From NCBI GenBank assembly GCA_043799405.1, contig JAZDNT010000002.1, positions 171,320 to 235,319 of the forward strand: a stretch of 64,000 nucleotides of DNA, in the 5' to 3' direction. The stretch comes from Candidatus Kerfeldbacteria bacterium (lineage in GTDB: Bacteria > Patescibacteriota > Patescibacteriia > SBBC01). This document shows positions 45,001 through 53,595 of this stretch, piece by piece; position 1 is the stretch's first letter, and the number at the start of each line of letters is the position of its first letter. The notes under the pieces were generated by a model. The model saw only the letters and a program-made list of their open reading frames with translations, was not told the origin of the DNA and searched no databases. A program made the translations under genes and the position numbers.

Positions 45001-47232
45001 AGCTTCAAATTTAGCGACAGCGATATCCCGATGCTGTATACGCGCGCAGTGGTGTTCACTGGTGTCGGATTTGCCGAACTCTATGGGCCGACAATCGAAT
45101 TCGACAAAACGACGCGGGCGCTTAAGATCGAGATTGTTCCTGACCATGAAACCTACGGCCCTGGTGATACGGCAAAGCTCGATGTACGGGTGACTGATAA
45201 GGACGGCAATGGGCAGCGTGCGCGCGTGAATTTGAGCGCCGTTGACGAAGCTATTATTGCGTTGCAGGGACAGCGATATGACGATCCGCTTGCAATGCTC
45301 TACCGGTGGGTCAGCGAAGGAGTCATCAGCACGTATGCGAGCCATAAGGAGGCGCTGACTTCTGATGTCGGCGCAGAACGGGGCGGCGGTGGCGGCGACC
45401 GTATTGATTTCCGGGACAACGCGCTCTATACCGAGATCGAAACCGACGCAAGCGGGAACGGGACAGTAAGCTACAAGCTTCCCGATAACCTCACGTCGTG
45501 GCGCATAACGGCGCAGGCCGTTACTGACGACCTGAAGGCCGGATTAGATGACCGCGTCGTGTCAGTCCAGAAACCGCTCTTCGTTGTTACCTCGTTTTCG
45601 GACCGGGTCTTAAGCCGTGATAAGCAGAAGCTCGCTGCAACGGCCTACGGAAGCGATCTTTCGGCGGGCGATGCCGTTGACTTCAGTTTTTCCATTGTTG
45701 ACATGCCGGGCACGGAAGCGACGGTTCGCGGAAAAGCGTTCGAGTCGGTAAGCATCGATATTCCGAAACTCGATGTCGGTGACTACAAGGTTCGGGTTTC
45801 TATTACTGCAAAGGATCAGAATGACGCCGTTGTCGAGCCGCTCCACGTCCTCGGCTCGAACCTCATGCAGCGGACGGTGAAGACCGCGTACCTCGAGAAA
45901 GCCGAGACGCCGGTGTTCGCTGCGAGCGGGAGGACGCAGCTTCGGATCGGCGATGCAGACCGGAACCTTGCCTACGACCTGCTGTGGGGTCTTCTCTGGA
46001 GTCCGTACAGTCGTCTTGATGACACGGTCGCAGCGCGTATCGCATCGAACGCGCTCGAGAGCGAATTTAAGGACCAGCCATGGACGTCTCCTGGCGACCC
46101 ATCGGTGTTCATGACCGAGAAGGGTCTTGCGCTGTACGCAATCGGGAGCGAAGACCTTGAGTACGGCGCACTCGCTGCTGCCGATCCTGCATTCATCGAC
46201 AACGCTGGGAAGCTGGTTAGGTGGTTCCGCAGAACGATCGACGATCCAAAGTCGAATACAGAACAGGTTGCCTATGCGCTCTATGGACTTGCGCAGCTGA
46301 AAGAGCCTGTGCTCAATGAGATCAAGACGCTTCTGAAAGTCGAGGGGCTACCGGACCGGGATCAGCTGACGCTCGCACTCGCGCTCGAAACGCTCGGCGC
46401 AAAAGAAGAGGCGCGGCCGATCGCACGGCTCATCCTCGATCGGTACAGCCAGACGCAGGACGAGTACGTGCGTCTGAAGCTCGGCGCAAACGACGACGAG
46501 AAAATCGTGAACACGGCGCGGTTCGCCATACTTGCGGCAAGCCTTGCTCTTAACGAACGGTACGGGCTGATCAAGTACGTTGTCGCAAATCCTCCAAAGG
46601 ATACTTCGACGCACCTTGAAGAGGCGCTTGCCATAGTACGGCTGCTCAAGAACGCCTCGGCCGGTACCGTGAGCGTGACGTATACGTTGAATGGCGCAAG
46701 CGAGACGAAACAGCTGGGAAAGAAGGATGCGCTAACATTGAGCCTGTCTGTTGATGAAGCAAAGACTTTTTCTGTAACCGCCCACACAGGGAACGTGTCC
46801 GTTGTATCGACGTACAGCGAGCCGTTCGATTCCTCGAAGGCCGCTCGGGACGCGAATCTATCGATCAGCCGTAAGTACTCTGTGAGCGGAAAAGCGACGA
46901 CGAAGTTCAAGAAAGGCGATCTCGTGAAGATCGAGTTCACGTGGTCGAAGAAATCCGGTGCGCTCGGCAAGCAGTTCGGCCTCGTCGATCTGCTCCCGGC
47001 TGGACTTCGGGTCGTCAGCAATCCGTGGCTCTTCGATCGCAGCGATCACGTTTACTATCCATACAGCGTCGAGTACAACCGCGCGAAGTTCTACGCGGGT
47101 GACAATATATTCTACTACTATGCGCGGGCGGTTGTGGCCGGTACGGTCATTGCTGAGCCGGTTACCATCCAGGCGTTCGACGCGCCGTCGAACGTCCAGT
47201 ACAGCAGCGAGGCGCCGCTCGTTATCGAATAG
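42013..47232 (+). CDS. Giant membrane-anchored alpha-2-macroglobulin-like protein (no thioester motif seen)
   Basis: ATGA overlap with the sigma gene. Layout: ~95-aa cytoplasmic N-terminus, one TM (FGIPAVVIAGVLVAIAIV), Ig-like repeats, then the A2M hallmark RIDFRDNALYTEIETDASGNGTVSYKLPDNLTSWRITAQAV. There is no CxEQ anywhere. Confidence 0.75.
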   Translation: MSNNPTETTDEYLEFLAGRRKQPPVFSDSDRDVLDAANALRSLRHSPEPSPHFSSSLKKVVMRTPDESYAPKRSDTRAKKSRGFLPNVFKFGIPAVVIAGVLVAIAIVPDDFFTKFFHRTPLSSYIAQEAKAATITLEATKGDTLGVEAGTTFTLKAEEGTVTAEDVKSNFKLTPDVAYSVKEKGKNSFEIVPEKALSEKTVYTASYEGYAKTDNGAPSPRTYSWAYQVRNAFQIIGTLPRNKATSVAQETGIEVTFSSSGVSAKDFEKKLDISPKTDGRVEVHNRTLVFVPAKKLKEKSVYTVTVKKGLTPQGASEGLAEDFVFQFEVMGKSKDQDTGYSRIVPRNVFESIRPNEPIVFAEYSFPSAYNEKDDTRTPKSYEFTVYQYKDLNAFLAALEEYQQDVVPWSMYANEGTLYETKGLTKVGTFKTKAENGVITLGTSFSEGFYLADSTSNDTHSQIPFLASPIGAYAVATQTDTLVWVNDLVSSAPVSGASIALRNSSVTAQTDEKGIATFTTPDDIRQNQTGVIFATVRANDKDTVILAKGNSYNWYGGNASMYGDSLKLTYAPEKYWSYLSTDRSLYLPNDTIRFWGVLKRRDNPKTSEKVTIRLIQTNYEGRYSADVLKTLELSTNQTGTYIGSIDLNDVSTVGYPEIVVSVGDEWVTSKSVSVETYKKPPYQITVKPDRYAVFAGETANITVTTTFFDGTPVSNVGLRFEQNYGVSKPDFSTDSNGKAVYTKTFERMGDHTSTSDISVVPFEQYEGDIRGSNQVMVYPARFQIESEGTVQGAKAEVSGTVRNLHPELADPTADDPFSKVVGEVRPNQTIEGKLYATITEEIPDGTYYDFLSKKVVERFRYETREELRETFNVTTDRNGTFSKTLTVDPKLFYHVDLSGVDEKGDTARDTAYIWSRGEYYYSSVYGGEGGSSVPNLSLVDLNAVSNQSNPSYVPGDTVKLQVNRGNSAVSKDLAQKILFISSQRGLRNFTVKDSPTYSFKFSDSDIPMLYTRAVVFTGVGFAELYGPTIEFDKTTRALKIEIVPDHETYGPGDTAKLDVRVTDKDGNGQRARVNLSAVDEAIIALQGQRYDDPLAMLYRWVSEGVISTYASHKEALTSDVGAERGGGGGDRIDFRDNALYTEIETDASGNGTVSYKLPDNLTSWRITAQAVTDDLKAGLDDRVVSVQKPLFVVTSFSDRVLSRDKQKLAATAYGSDLSAGDAVDFSFSIVDMPGTEATVRGKAFESVSIDIPKLDVGDYKVRVSITAKDQNDAVVEPLHVLGSNLMQRTVKTAYLEKAETPVFAASGRTQLRIGDADRNLAYDLLWGLLWSPYSRLDDTVAARIASNALESEFKDQPWTSPGDPSVFMTEKGLALYAIGSEDLEYGALAAADPAFIDNAGKLVRWFRRTIDDPKSNTEQVAYALYGLAQLKEPVLNEIKTLLKVEGLPDRDQLTLALALETLGAKEEARPIARLILDRYSQTQDEYVRLKLGANDDEKIVNTARFAILAASLALNERYGLIKYVVANPPKDTSTHLEEALAIVRLLKNASAGTVSVTYTLNGASETKQLGKKDALTLSLSVDEAKTFSVTAHTGNVSVVSTYSEPFDSSKAARDANLSISRKYSVSGKATTKFKKGDLVKIEFTWSKKSGALGKQFGLVDLLPAGLRVVSNPWLFDRSDHVYYPYSVEYNRAKFYAGDNIFYYYARAVVAGTVIAEPVTIQAFDAPSNVQYSSEAPLVIE

Positions 47233-47240
47233 GATCGTAC

Positions 47241-48119
47241 ATGCAGCGTCGCGCAGTGGCTTGGAGTATCGGTGTTTTAGCTGTAGCTACCGGGATCGTC
47301 GGCGGTACCCTGTGGATCCGTGGTTTCCAAACGGATCGCAATGCCTCAGCTGCGATCATTCCGGTACAGGATACGAGCTCATGGGCGGTCAATGACGCAT
47401 TCGTAAGAGCTATTCCGTACACAGTACAACCGAAAGGTCGCGTCGTTGCGGGTATCGTGCCGCACCACACCCTCGTCGCTCCGCTGATCGCAGCGTTTTT
47501 CCGTGGACTTGAGGCATCTTACAAACCAGAAACCGTTGTCATTGTCGGGCCTGACCACGAAAATAAGGGAACCGCGTACGTAACGACTGCGAAAAATTCA
47601 TGGGGCACGCCTGATGGCGTTGTTTCGGCAAACCAAGAAATGATCCAGGCGCTTGTTGACCGAGGGGTCGCAGTGTACGACGATGCGCTGATCATACATG
47701 AGCCGAGCGTATCAGCTGCGATTCCATACCTAGCGCATCAGTTTCCAAACGCTTCTATCGTACCGCTCGCTATCCGAGGCGATCTCCGCTCCGACAAACT
47801 CGACCAGCTCGCTGACGCCATCTCTGACCTTATCGGTCCTAACGACCTTCTCATTGCGAGCGTGGATTTTTCTCACTATAAGGATATCGAAGGCGCGCGT
47901 ACTGATGATGAGCGCTCCCTGTCCGTTCTGACAGCTGGCGATGCCGATACTGCTCTCGATATCCCGGTCGATTCTCCGCCGTCGATCTCGCTGCTTCTCC
48001 GGTTTGCGAAGAAGCGCGGACTAACCTATCAGCAGCTCGTACACACAAACTCAGCCGAGTTCCTTAATGACCCGACAATTACCTCGACAACCTCGTACCT
48101 TACCGCTTACTTCTATTGA
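47241..48119 (+). CDS. MEMO1/AmmeMemoRadiSam-B family protein with N-terminal TM anchor
   Basis: VVAGIVPHHTLVAPLI, VVIVGPDHENKG, ASVDFSHY. Confidence 0.6.
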   Translation: MQRRAVAWSIGVLAVATGIVGGTLWIRGFQTDRNASAAIIPVQDTSSWAVNDAFVRAIPYTVQPKGRVVAGIVPHHTLVAPLIAAFFRGLEASYKPETVVIVGPDHENKGTAYVTTAKNSWGTPDGVVSANQEMIQALVDRGVAVYDDALIIHEPSVSAAIPYLAHQFPNASIVPLAIRGDLRSDKLDQLADAISDLIGPNDLLIASVDFSHYKDIEGARTDDERSLSVLTAGDADTALDIPVDSPPSISLLLRFAKKRGLTYQQLVHTNSAEFLNDPTITSTTSYLTAYFY

Positions 48120-48261
48120 TGAACGCAGCGGCTAGAGGTAGGAGAGTGGATTGATCCTTCGGTGACGCTCAGGATGAATCCGCGGTTATGAAAACGCTAA
48201 TCCGAATATAAAAAAACAGGACCCTTCGTTGCGCTCAGGGTAAATCCCTTTTTTAGTTAGA

Positions 48262-49518
48262 TTATAAATATGATAATGGATTGACCTTTCGTCCGTTCAC
48301 GATCGTCTCGAAGTGCACGTGAGTACCGGACGATCTCCCGGTCGAACCGCACATAGCGATCGATTGTCCTCGTGCAACGCGCTGGCCGGGCTTGACGAAT
48401 ATCTTCGATGCGTGGCCATAGAGCGTCTGGAGACCGCCTGCGTGGCTGACGATGATGTGATAGCCGTACCCGTACCGCTGGTAGATGACCGCAGATACTG
48501 TTCCATCGCGAGCTGCATACAGCGGATTGCTGTATTTGCACTCAGCATCGATCCCGGTATGGCCGTAACGGAAGTACTGGTTTATCTTTCTTCCGACCGT
48601 TGGCCAGTTGAGCTTGCCTCCGCCGATCGACGGTGCGGAACCGGGTATTCTCCCGCGGTAGCCTGGCGCACTTCCTGAAGGTTGCGGTACCGGCGTTGGT
48701 TCAGGCAAGGTACCGCCGGGAACCATTAGCGTCTGATCGACCGCTATCGCGGAAGCATCAGCAAGGTGGTTGAAGTCGAGGATATCCTGCGCATCGACCT
48801 CGTACTTCTTTGCTAACGAAGCGACCGTTTCGCCCTTCGCCACTTTGTGGAGCACGCCGGTTATCGGCGGGATCAGAAGTTCCTGTCCCGGTTTCAAAAA
48901 ATCTGCGTTCGATATACTGTTCGCTGAGAGGATGGTTTTTTGCGTTACGCCGTACCTGTTCGCGATGCCGCCGAGCGTATCGCCGTTCTGAACGATGTAG
49001 GTGGTAACGTCCGAACGCTGTGGGATGCCGTCGCTCGTGAGCGTCGGTATCTGGAGCGCGTTCCCAGTGTCCGCAACCGATCCTTCTGCTCCGGGGTCTG
49101 CACCGAGCTCTGCCTCGAACGCGACCTCCTGTGAGATCGCCCGCTCCTTCTTGATATACGAGACCTTCGTCGCGGGTGTGCGCTCGATGATGTCCTCCGT
49201 ATTTTCGTCCGTAACGAACGTGCTCAAGATGCTGTCACCGCCGATATCGCTTAACCCTGTGCCTCGGGCGCTTACGTTGTTAATCGCGACACCGAGCGTA
49301 AGGACGACGACCGAAGCGTGGATGATGTACCGGCTCGTTAGGAGCGCGAGCACGGAGGGCCGCCCTCCCTGCTTCTTCTGAAGCGAGACCGTCCGGTGCT
49401 TCGCATTGAACGAAAGACGGTAGAACGGAAGCGATATTTTTAAAATAAAACGTCCAATGACGCGAGCTGGCGCGACAACAAGCCCCGAAATCACAAAGAG
49501 CACGCTTTTGCCGAGCAT
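48262..49518 (-). CDS. M23 metallopeptidase with two LysM domains
   Basis: LysM domains: YIVQNGDTLGGIANRYGV and HKVAKGETVASLAKKYEV. M23 motifs: HTGIDA..., LYGHASKIFV, GSTGRSSGTHVHFE. Confidence 0.9.
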   Translation of the reverse strand: MLGKSVLFVISGLVVAPARVIGRFILKISLPFYRLSFNAKHRTVSLQKKQGGRPSVLALLTSRYIIHASVVVLTLGVAINNVSARGTGLSDIGGDSILSTFVTDENTEDIIERTPATKVSYIKKERAISQEVAFEAELGADPGAEGSVADTGNALQIPTLTSDGIPQRSDVTTYIVQNGDTLGGIANRYGVTQKTILSANSISNADFLKPGQELLIPPITGVLHKVAKGETVASLAKKYEVDAQDILDFNHLADASAIAVDQTLMVPGGTLPEPTPVPQPSGSAPGYRGRIPGSAPSIGGGKLNWPTVGRKINQYFRYGHTGIDAECKYSNPLYAARDGTVSAVIYQRYGYGYHIIVSHAGGLQTLYGHASKIFVKPGQRVARGQSIAMCGSTGRSSGTHVHFETIVNGRKVNPLSYL

Positions 49519-49721
49519 GCCCAGGAATTTTACAAACCCGATTGCGATACGGAGCGCGATCTGTGTGAAGCGTGTGGCGATAGAAGTTCCTCATGTGCGA
49601 GCCCGTCCGTAGAGGGCGTACATCGAATTTCCAGTAATACAGAAGAGGACGGGAACGCAAAAAGTGCAACAGATAAGCTACCATGCCTGAAAAACCGTGT
49701 CAAATGTGGTACTATGCAACC

Positions 49722-52700
49722 ATGTCGAAGTACGATCACAAGGCGATCGAGGCGAAATGGCGGAAGCGATGGGAGCACGAGAAGCTTGGCATCGCCAAAG
49801 ACGCTTCTTCGTCACCGAAGTCGTACGTACTGGTCGAATTTCCGTATCCCTCCGGCGATGGGCTGCATGTGGGGCACGTACGCTCGTACACAGCGCTCGA
49901 CGCGGTCGTGCGGAAGCTGCGCATGCAAGGGAAGAACGTCCTGTTCCCGATCGGGTGGGACGCGTTCGGGCTGCCGACAGAGAACTACGCGTTAAAAACT
50001 GGCGTGCACCCGCGCGAGGCGACGGACAAGAACATCGCGAACTTCCGGCGGCAGATGAAGTCGCTCGGCCTTTCGTTCGATTGGTCGCGCGAAGTGGACA
50101 CGACTGACCCTGCGTACTACAAATGGACGCAGTGGATTTTCTTGAAATTACTGAAAGCAGGGCTCGCGTACCAGGCGACAATCCCGATCTCGTGGTGCCC
50201 GAAGGATATGATCGGCCTTGCGAACGAGGAGGTCGTTGGTGGAAAGTGCGAGCGGTGCGGAACAACCGTCGAGCGCAGGATGCAGAAGCAGTGGATGCTG
50301 AAGATCACGGCGTACGCGGATCGGTTGCTGAAGGATTTGGACACAGTAGACTACTCGGAGCGAATCAAGACGCAGCAGCAGAACTGGATTGGCAGGAGTG
50401 AGGGAGCGGAAGTGAGGTTTGAGATTCACAAAACGGAAAAACCAGTAGCGCTTATTATCCATGGCAGTCCGCAAGAACCAAACTACTCATTGCAAATGGC
50501 TAGACACTTTTATCCGTGGTTACAGCGCGAACTTCATACGCTTGGTTACGAAGTGATTGCATCTGATCTTCCAAGAGCAAATGCACCAGATTATGAAATA
50601 TGGAAACAAGCGGTCAAAAAGGCGTTAGGGAAGAGCAAGCTCGACCATTCTTCGCTCGTGATCGGAGTCAGCGCTGGCGGGAGTTTTGTAGCGAGGTATT
50701 TGGCCGAGCAGAAAGAATCTGTTGCAAATATTATCTTGATTGCGCCGGCATGCATTGCACGTATAGATGATACCGAACGCGATAATGCACTTCAGAAGCT
50801 TTACACATTCACGTTCGTTCCTGGTATTGCCAAAAACATCACCGTGGTGTATTCAACGGACGATGATGAACGATATATTACCAGTGCGAAAAAATTTATC
50901 AAGGGACTTCATGCACAATCAATCGTACTACCTGGGCGCGGACACTTCACTCAGCACGATGGCGTCAGGGATATTCCGGAGTTGCTTGATTTAATAAACA
51001 AACAGCGATCGATTCAAGTGTTTACTACCCGCGCAGACACGCTGTTCGGCGCGACGTATTTGGTGTTATCGCCAGAACATCCGCTCGTTGATGAAATTAC
51101 GACCGCAAAGCAGAAAAAGGCAGTGGAGAAATACAAGAAAGATGTAGCGAAGAAGTCGGAGCTTGAACGCACTGTGTTGGAAAAGGAAAAAACCGGCGTG
51201 TTCACCGGCGCCTTTGCAGTGAATCCGGTGAACAACGAAAAAATTCCGGTCTGGATCGCGGACTACGTGCTCATAAGTTACGGCACGGGCGCGATCATGG
51301 CAGTCCCTGCGCACGATGAGCGCGATTTCGAATTTGCTACGAAATTCAAGCTGCCGATCCGTGAGGTCATTGTTCCGGAGTTTGAGGACGAAGGTTCGAA
51401 GCGGCAAGCCGGAAAACCAACAGTAATTCGAAAAACCGTGTACGCGCTTTTGCGTAATCCGAAGAACGACACCTACCTCTGTCTCAACTGGAACGATTAT
51501 TACTGGAATACGCTGATCATCGGCGGCGTTGACGGCGATGATCCTGTTGAAGCGGCGAAAAAGGAAATTGCCGAAGAAACGGGTTTCACCAACGTCCGGT
51601 ATGTCAGATCCCTTGGCCGCCAGATAGGACACTACTATGCCGCGCACAAGGAAGAAAACCGCGTTGCCGACGCCGTCGGGCTATTGTTCGACCTTCTTGA
51701 TGAGGAACGGACGGAAGTGAAGCAGGAAGAACTCAAGAAACACACGCCGAAATGGTTGACGCGGGATGAGGTCGGAGCATTCCTAAACATCTCGTCGCAG
51801 CGGTACGTGTGGGAACGATATTGCGCGGGAACGGGCGCGTACATCGGAGAAGGCAGGATGATCGATTCGGGCCAGTTCGATGGCATGAAGAGCAAGGAGG
51901 GCGGGAAGAAGATCGTCGCGATGTTGGAAAAAGAAGGAAAAGCAAAACCCGCTGTGAACTACAAGCTCCGCGACTGGGTGTTCTCGCGGCAGCACTACTG
52001 GGGCGAGCCGATCCCGGTCGTGCACTGCGAGCACTGCAAGGCGGAAGCAGAATCGACGAAGTGGAAGCTGAATTTCTACGAAGGTCCGTGGCGAGCATTG
52101 CAATCCGGTGAAAAAACCGTTGAGACGCGCGCGTTGAATCCTGACGAGAAGGATCGATACTTCGTCGACATCAAGGTCGGTGACATCATTAAGGGATCTC
52201 TCAAAGGCATGGATGAGACGATGTACCTTCGTGTGACAGAACGGTATCTATTGAAAGATCTCAAAGAGCTGTACGGAAGAAAGGACCTGCTCGGGCAATT
52301 GAGAAGGAATTTCTCACCGACGCTGGATGAATTGCGACGGTTCTATTCATTGACGCCGGACTACCTCGAACGCATTGAGAAGAACGGACTCGTCGCATGG
52401 AAGGTCGAACACGTGATGCCGGGCGTCGTGCCGATTTCCGAAAAGGACTTGCCCGTTGAACTTCCGCAGGTCAAAAAATACCAGCCGTCGGGCACTGGAA
52501 AATCTCCCCTCGATGGGATCAAGGAATGGGTGAACGTGAAGTGCCCGCACTGCGGCGGACCGGCGAGGCGCGAGACCGACACCATGCCGAACTGGGCTGG
52601 CTCGTCGTGGTATTTCTTACGCTACTGCGATCCGAAGAACGACAAGGAGCTCGCAAGCATGAAGAAGCTCAAGTACTGGATGCCGGTCGATCTCTACAAC

Positions 52701-53498
52701 GGCGGCATGGAACACACGACGCTGCACCTTTTGTACTCACGTTTCTGGCACAAGTTCCTCTTTGATGAGAAATTGGTACCAACGCCTGAACCGTACCAAC
52801 GGCGCGTTTCTCACGGCATGGTGCTCGCAAGCGACGGAAGGAAGATGTCGAAAAGCTTCGGAAACGTAATCAACCCCGACGAGCTCATAGAGCAGTACGG
52901 CGCAGACAGCGTGCGGCTCTATGAAATGTTCATGGGGCCGTTCGAAGACGCGATTCCGTGGGATCCGAAGGGGATCGTGGGGATGAGAAGATTCCTACAG
53001 CGTGTGTGGGATGCGCGAGAAAAAGTTGTTGAGAATAAGACCATACTTTTAAGCGAACTCGAGGGGGCTGGTACAGCACATGAGGTTTCGAAAGGTATTA
53101 ATGAGATGCGTTTCAATACCTGTATTAGTGATTTAATGAAATGGGTGAATCGTTGGAATAACGAAAAAACGATTAATCGTCGTGAATATGGGATTTTTCT
53201 GAAAGTGTTGTCGCCCTTTGCGCCATATATCGCTGAAGAACTATGGAATCAATTAGGCAATGGACATTTATTGCTGCATGAGAGTTGGCCACGCACAGAG
53301 CGTTGGATGAAAAAGGATGTAACCATTGCTATTCAGGTGAACGGTAAGCTCCGCGGCACGCTCACAGTATCGAGCGGTTCGGAGCAGGAAATTGTTGCTT
53401 CAAAAGCAATGGAATTGGACAATGTGAAGAAGTTTATGGCCGGCGATCCGAAAAAGGTCATCTTCGTGAAGGATCGGTTGATTAATTTTGTTGTGTGA
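49722..53498 (+). CDS. leuS: Leucyl-tRNA synthetase with three inserted accessory domains
   Basis: YPSGDGLHVGHVRSY (HIGH), WDAFGLPTEN, VFTTRADTLFGATY (CP1 editing), AVPAHDERDFEFA, NYKLRDWVFSRQHYWGEPIP, KMSKSFGN (KMSKS). It is about 1258 aa, versus the ~800-860 aa I recall for typical bacterial LeuRS. Confidence 0.95.
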   Translation: MSKYDHKAIEAKWRKRWEHEKLGIAKDASSSPKSYVLVEFPYPSGDGLHVGHVRSYTALDAVVRKLRMQGKNVLFPIGWDAFGLPTENYALKTGVHPREATDKNIANFRRQMKSLGLSFDWSREVDTTDPAYYKWTQWIFLKLLKAGLAYQATIPISWCPKDMIGLANEEVVGGKCERCGTTVERRMQKQWMLKITAYADRLLKDLDTVDYSERIKTQQQNWIGRSEGAEVRFEIHKTEKPVALIIHGSPQEPNYSLQMARHFYPWLQRELHTLGYEVIASDLPRANAPDYEIWKQAVKKALGKSKLDHSSLVIGVSAGGSFVARYLAEQKESVANIILIAPACIARIDDTERDNALQKLYTFTFVPGIAKNITVVYSTDDDERYITSAKKFIKGLHAQSIVLPGRGHFTQHDGVRDIPELLDLINKQRSIQVFTTRADTLFGATYLVLSPEHPLVDEITTAKQKKAVEKYKKDVAKKSELERTVLEKEKTGVFTGAFAVNPVNNEKIPVWIADYVLISYGTGAIMAVPAHDERDFEFATKFKLPIREVIVPEFEDEGSKRQAGKPTVIRKTVYALLRNPKNDTYLCLNWNDYYWNTLIIGGVDGDDPVEAAKKEIAEETGFTNVRYVRSLGRQIGHYYAAHKEENRVADAVGLLFDLLDEERTEVKQEELKKHTPKWLTRDEVGAFLNISSQRYVWERYCAGTGAYIGEGRMIDSGQFDGMKSKEGGKKIVAMLEKEGKAKPAVNYKLRDWVFSRQHYWGEPIPVVHCEHCKAEAESTKWKLNFYEGPWRALQSGEKTVETRALNPDEKDRYFVDIKVGDIIKGSLKGMDETMYLRVTERYLLKDLKELYGRKDLLGQLRRNFSPTLDELRRFYSLTPDYLERIEKNGLVAWKVEHVMPGVVPISEKDLPVELPQVKKYQPSGTGKSPLDGIKEWVNVKCPHCGGPARRETDTMPNWAGSSWYFLRYCDPKNDKELASMKKLKYWMPVDLYNGGMEHTTLHLLYSRFWHKFLFDEKLVPTPEPYQRRVSHGMVLASDGRKMSKSFGNVINPDELIEQYGADSVRLYEMFMGPFEDAIPWDPKGIVGMRRFLQRVWDAREKVVENKTILLSELEGAGTAHEVSKGINEMRFNTCISDLMKWVNRWNNEKTINRREYGIFLKVLSPFAPYIAEELWNQLGNGHLLLHESWPRTERWMKKDVTIAIQVNGKLRGTLTVSSGSEQEIVASKAMELDNVKKFMAGDPKKVIFVKDRLINFVV
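50427..51011 (+). other. leuS insertion 1: alpha/beta-hydrolase (YdeN/RBBP9-like serine hydrolase) domain
   Basis: It lies between ..GAEVRFEI and IQVFTTRADT. PVALIIHGSP..., nucleophile elbow VIGVSAGGS, and C-terminal LPGRGHF. It is visibly more AT-rich than the flanking leuS sequence. Confidence 0.6.
51380..51830 (+). other. leuS insertion 2: NUDIX hydrolase domain
   Basis: Nudix box GGVDGDDPVEAAKKEIAEETGF, located between PIREVIVPE and GAYIGEGRMIDSGQFDG. Confidence 0.65.
52038..52418 (+). other. leuS insertion 3: ASCH/PUA-like domain
   Basis: It lies between HCEHC and GVVPISEKDLPVELP. WRALQSGEKTVETRALN...IKVGDII resembles the ASCH N-terminal signature. Confidence 0.5.
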
Positions 53499-53529
53499 TT
53501 CGCCGGCCGAATTGTTTACATACCACCCC

Positions 53530-53571
53530 GTCCGGTCATTCGACCGGACACCCCTCCTCGGTGAGGAGGGG
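53530..53571. repeat. Dual-hairpin repeat upstream of tsaC
   Basis: GTCCGGTC-attc-GACCGGAC followed by CCCCTCCTC-ggt-GAGGAGGGG. Confidence 0.7.
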
Positions 53572-53595
53572 ATATCGAGGAGGCTGGCGGAAGTC

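Noticed and set aside
42013-47232. A thioester (CxEQ) in the A2M-like protein.
   Set aside because: No C-x-E-Q occurs in the 1739-aa translation. The region where it would be expected reads LLWSPYSRLDD. The protein is therefore a non-thioester A2M-like protein, or the homology is limited to the MG domains.
49722-53498. Whether the leuS insertions are inteins.
   Set aside because: The insert boundaries lack the Cys/Ser/Thr first residue and the His-Asn plus Cys/Ser/Thr C-terminal junction. Each insert instead carries enzyme-domain motifs (GxSxG, Nudix box, ASCH-like).
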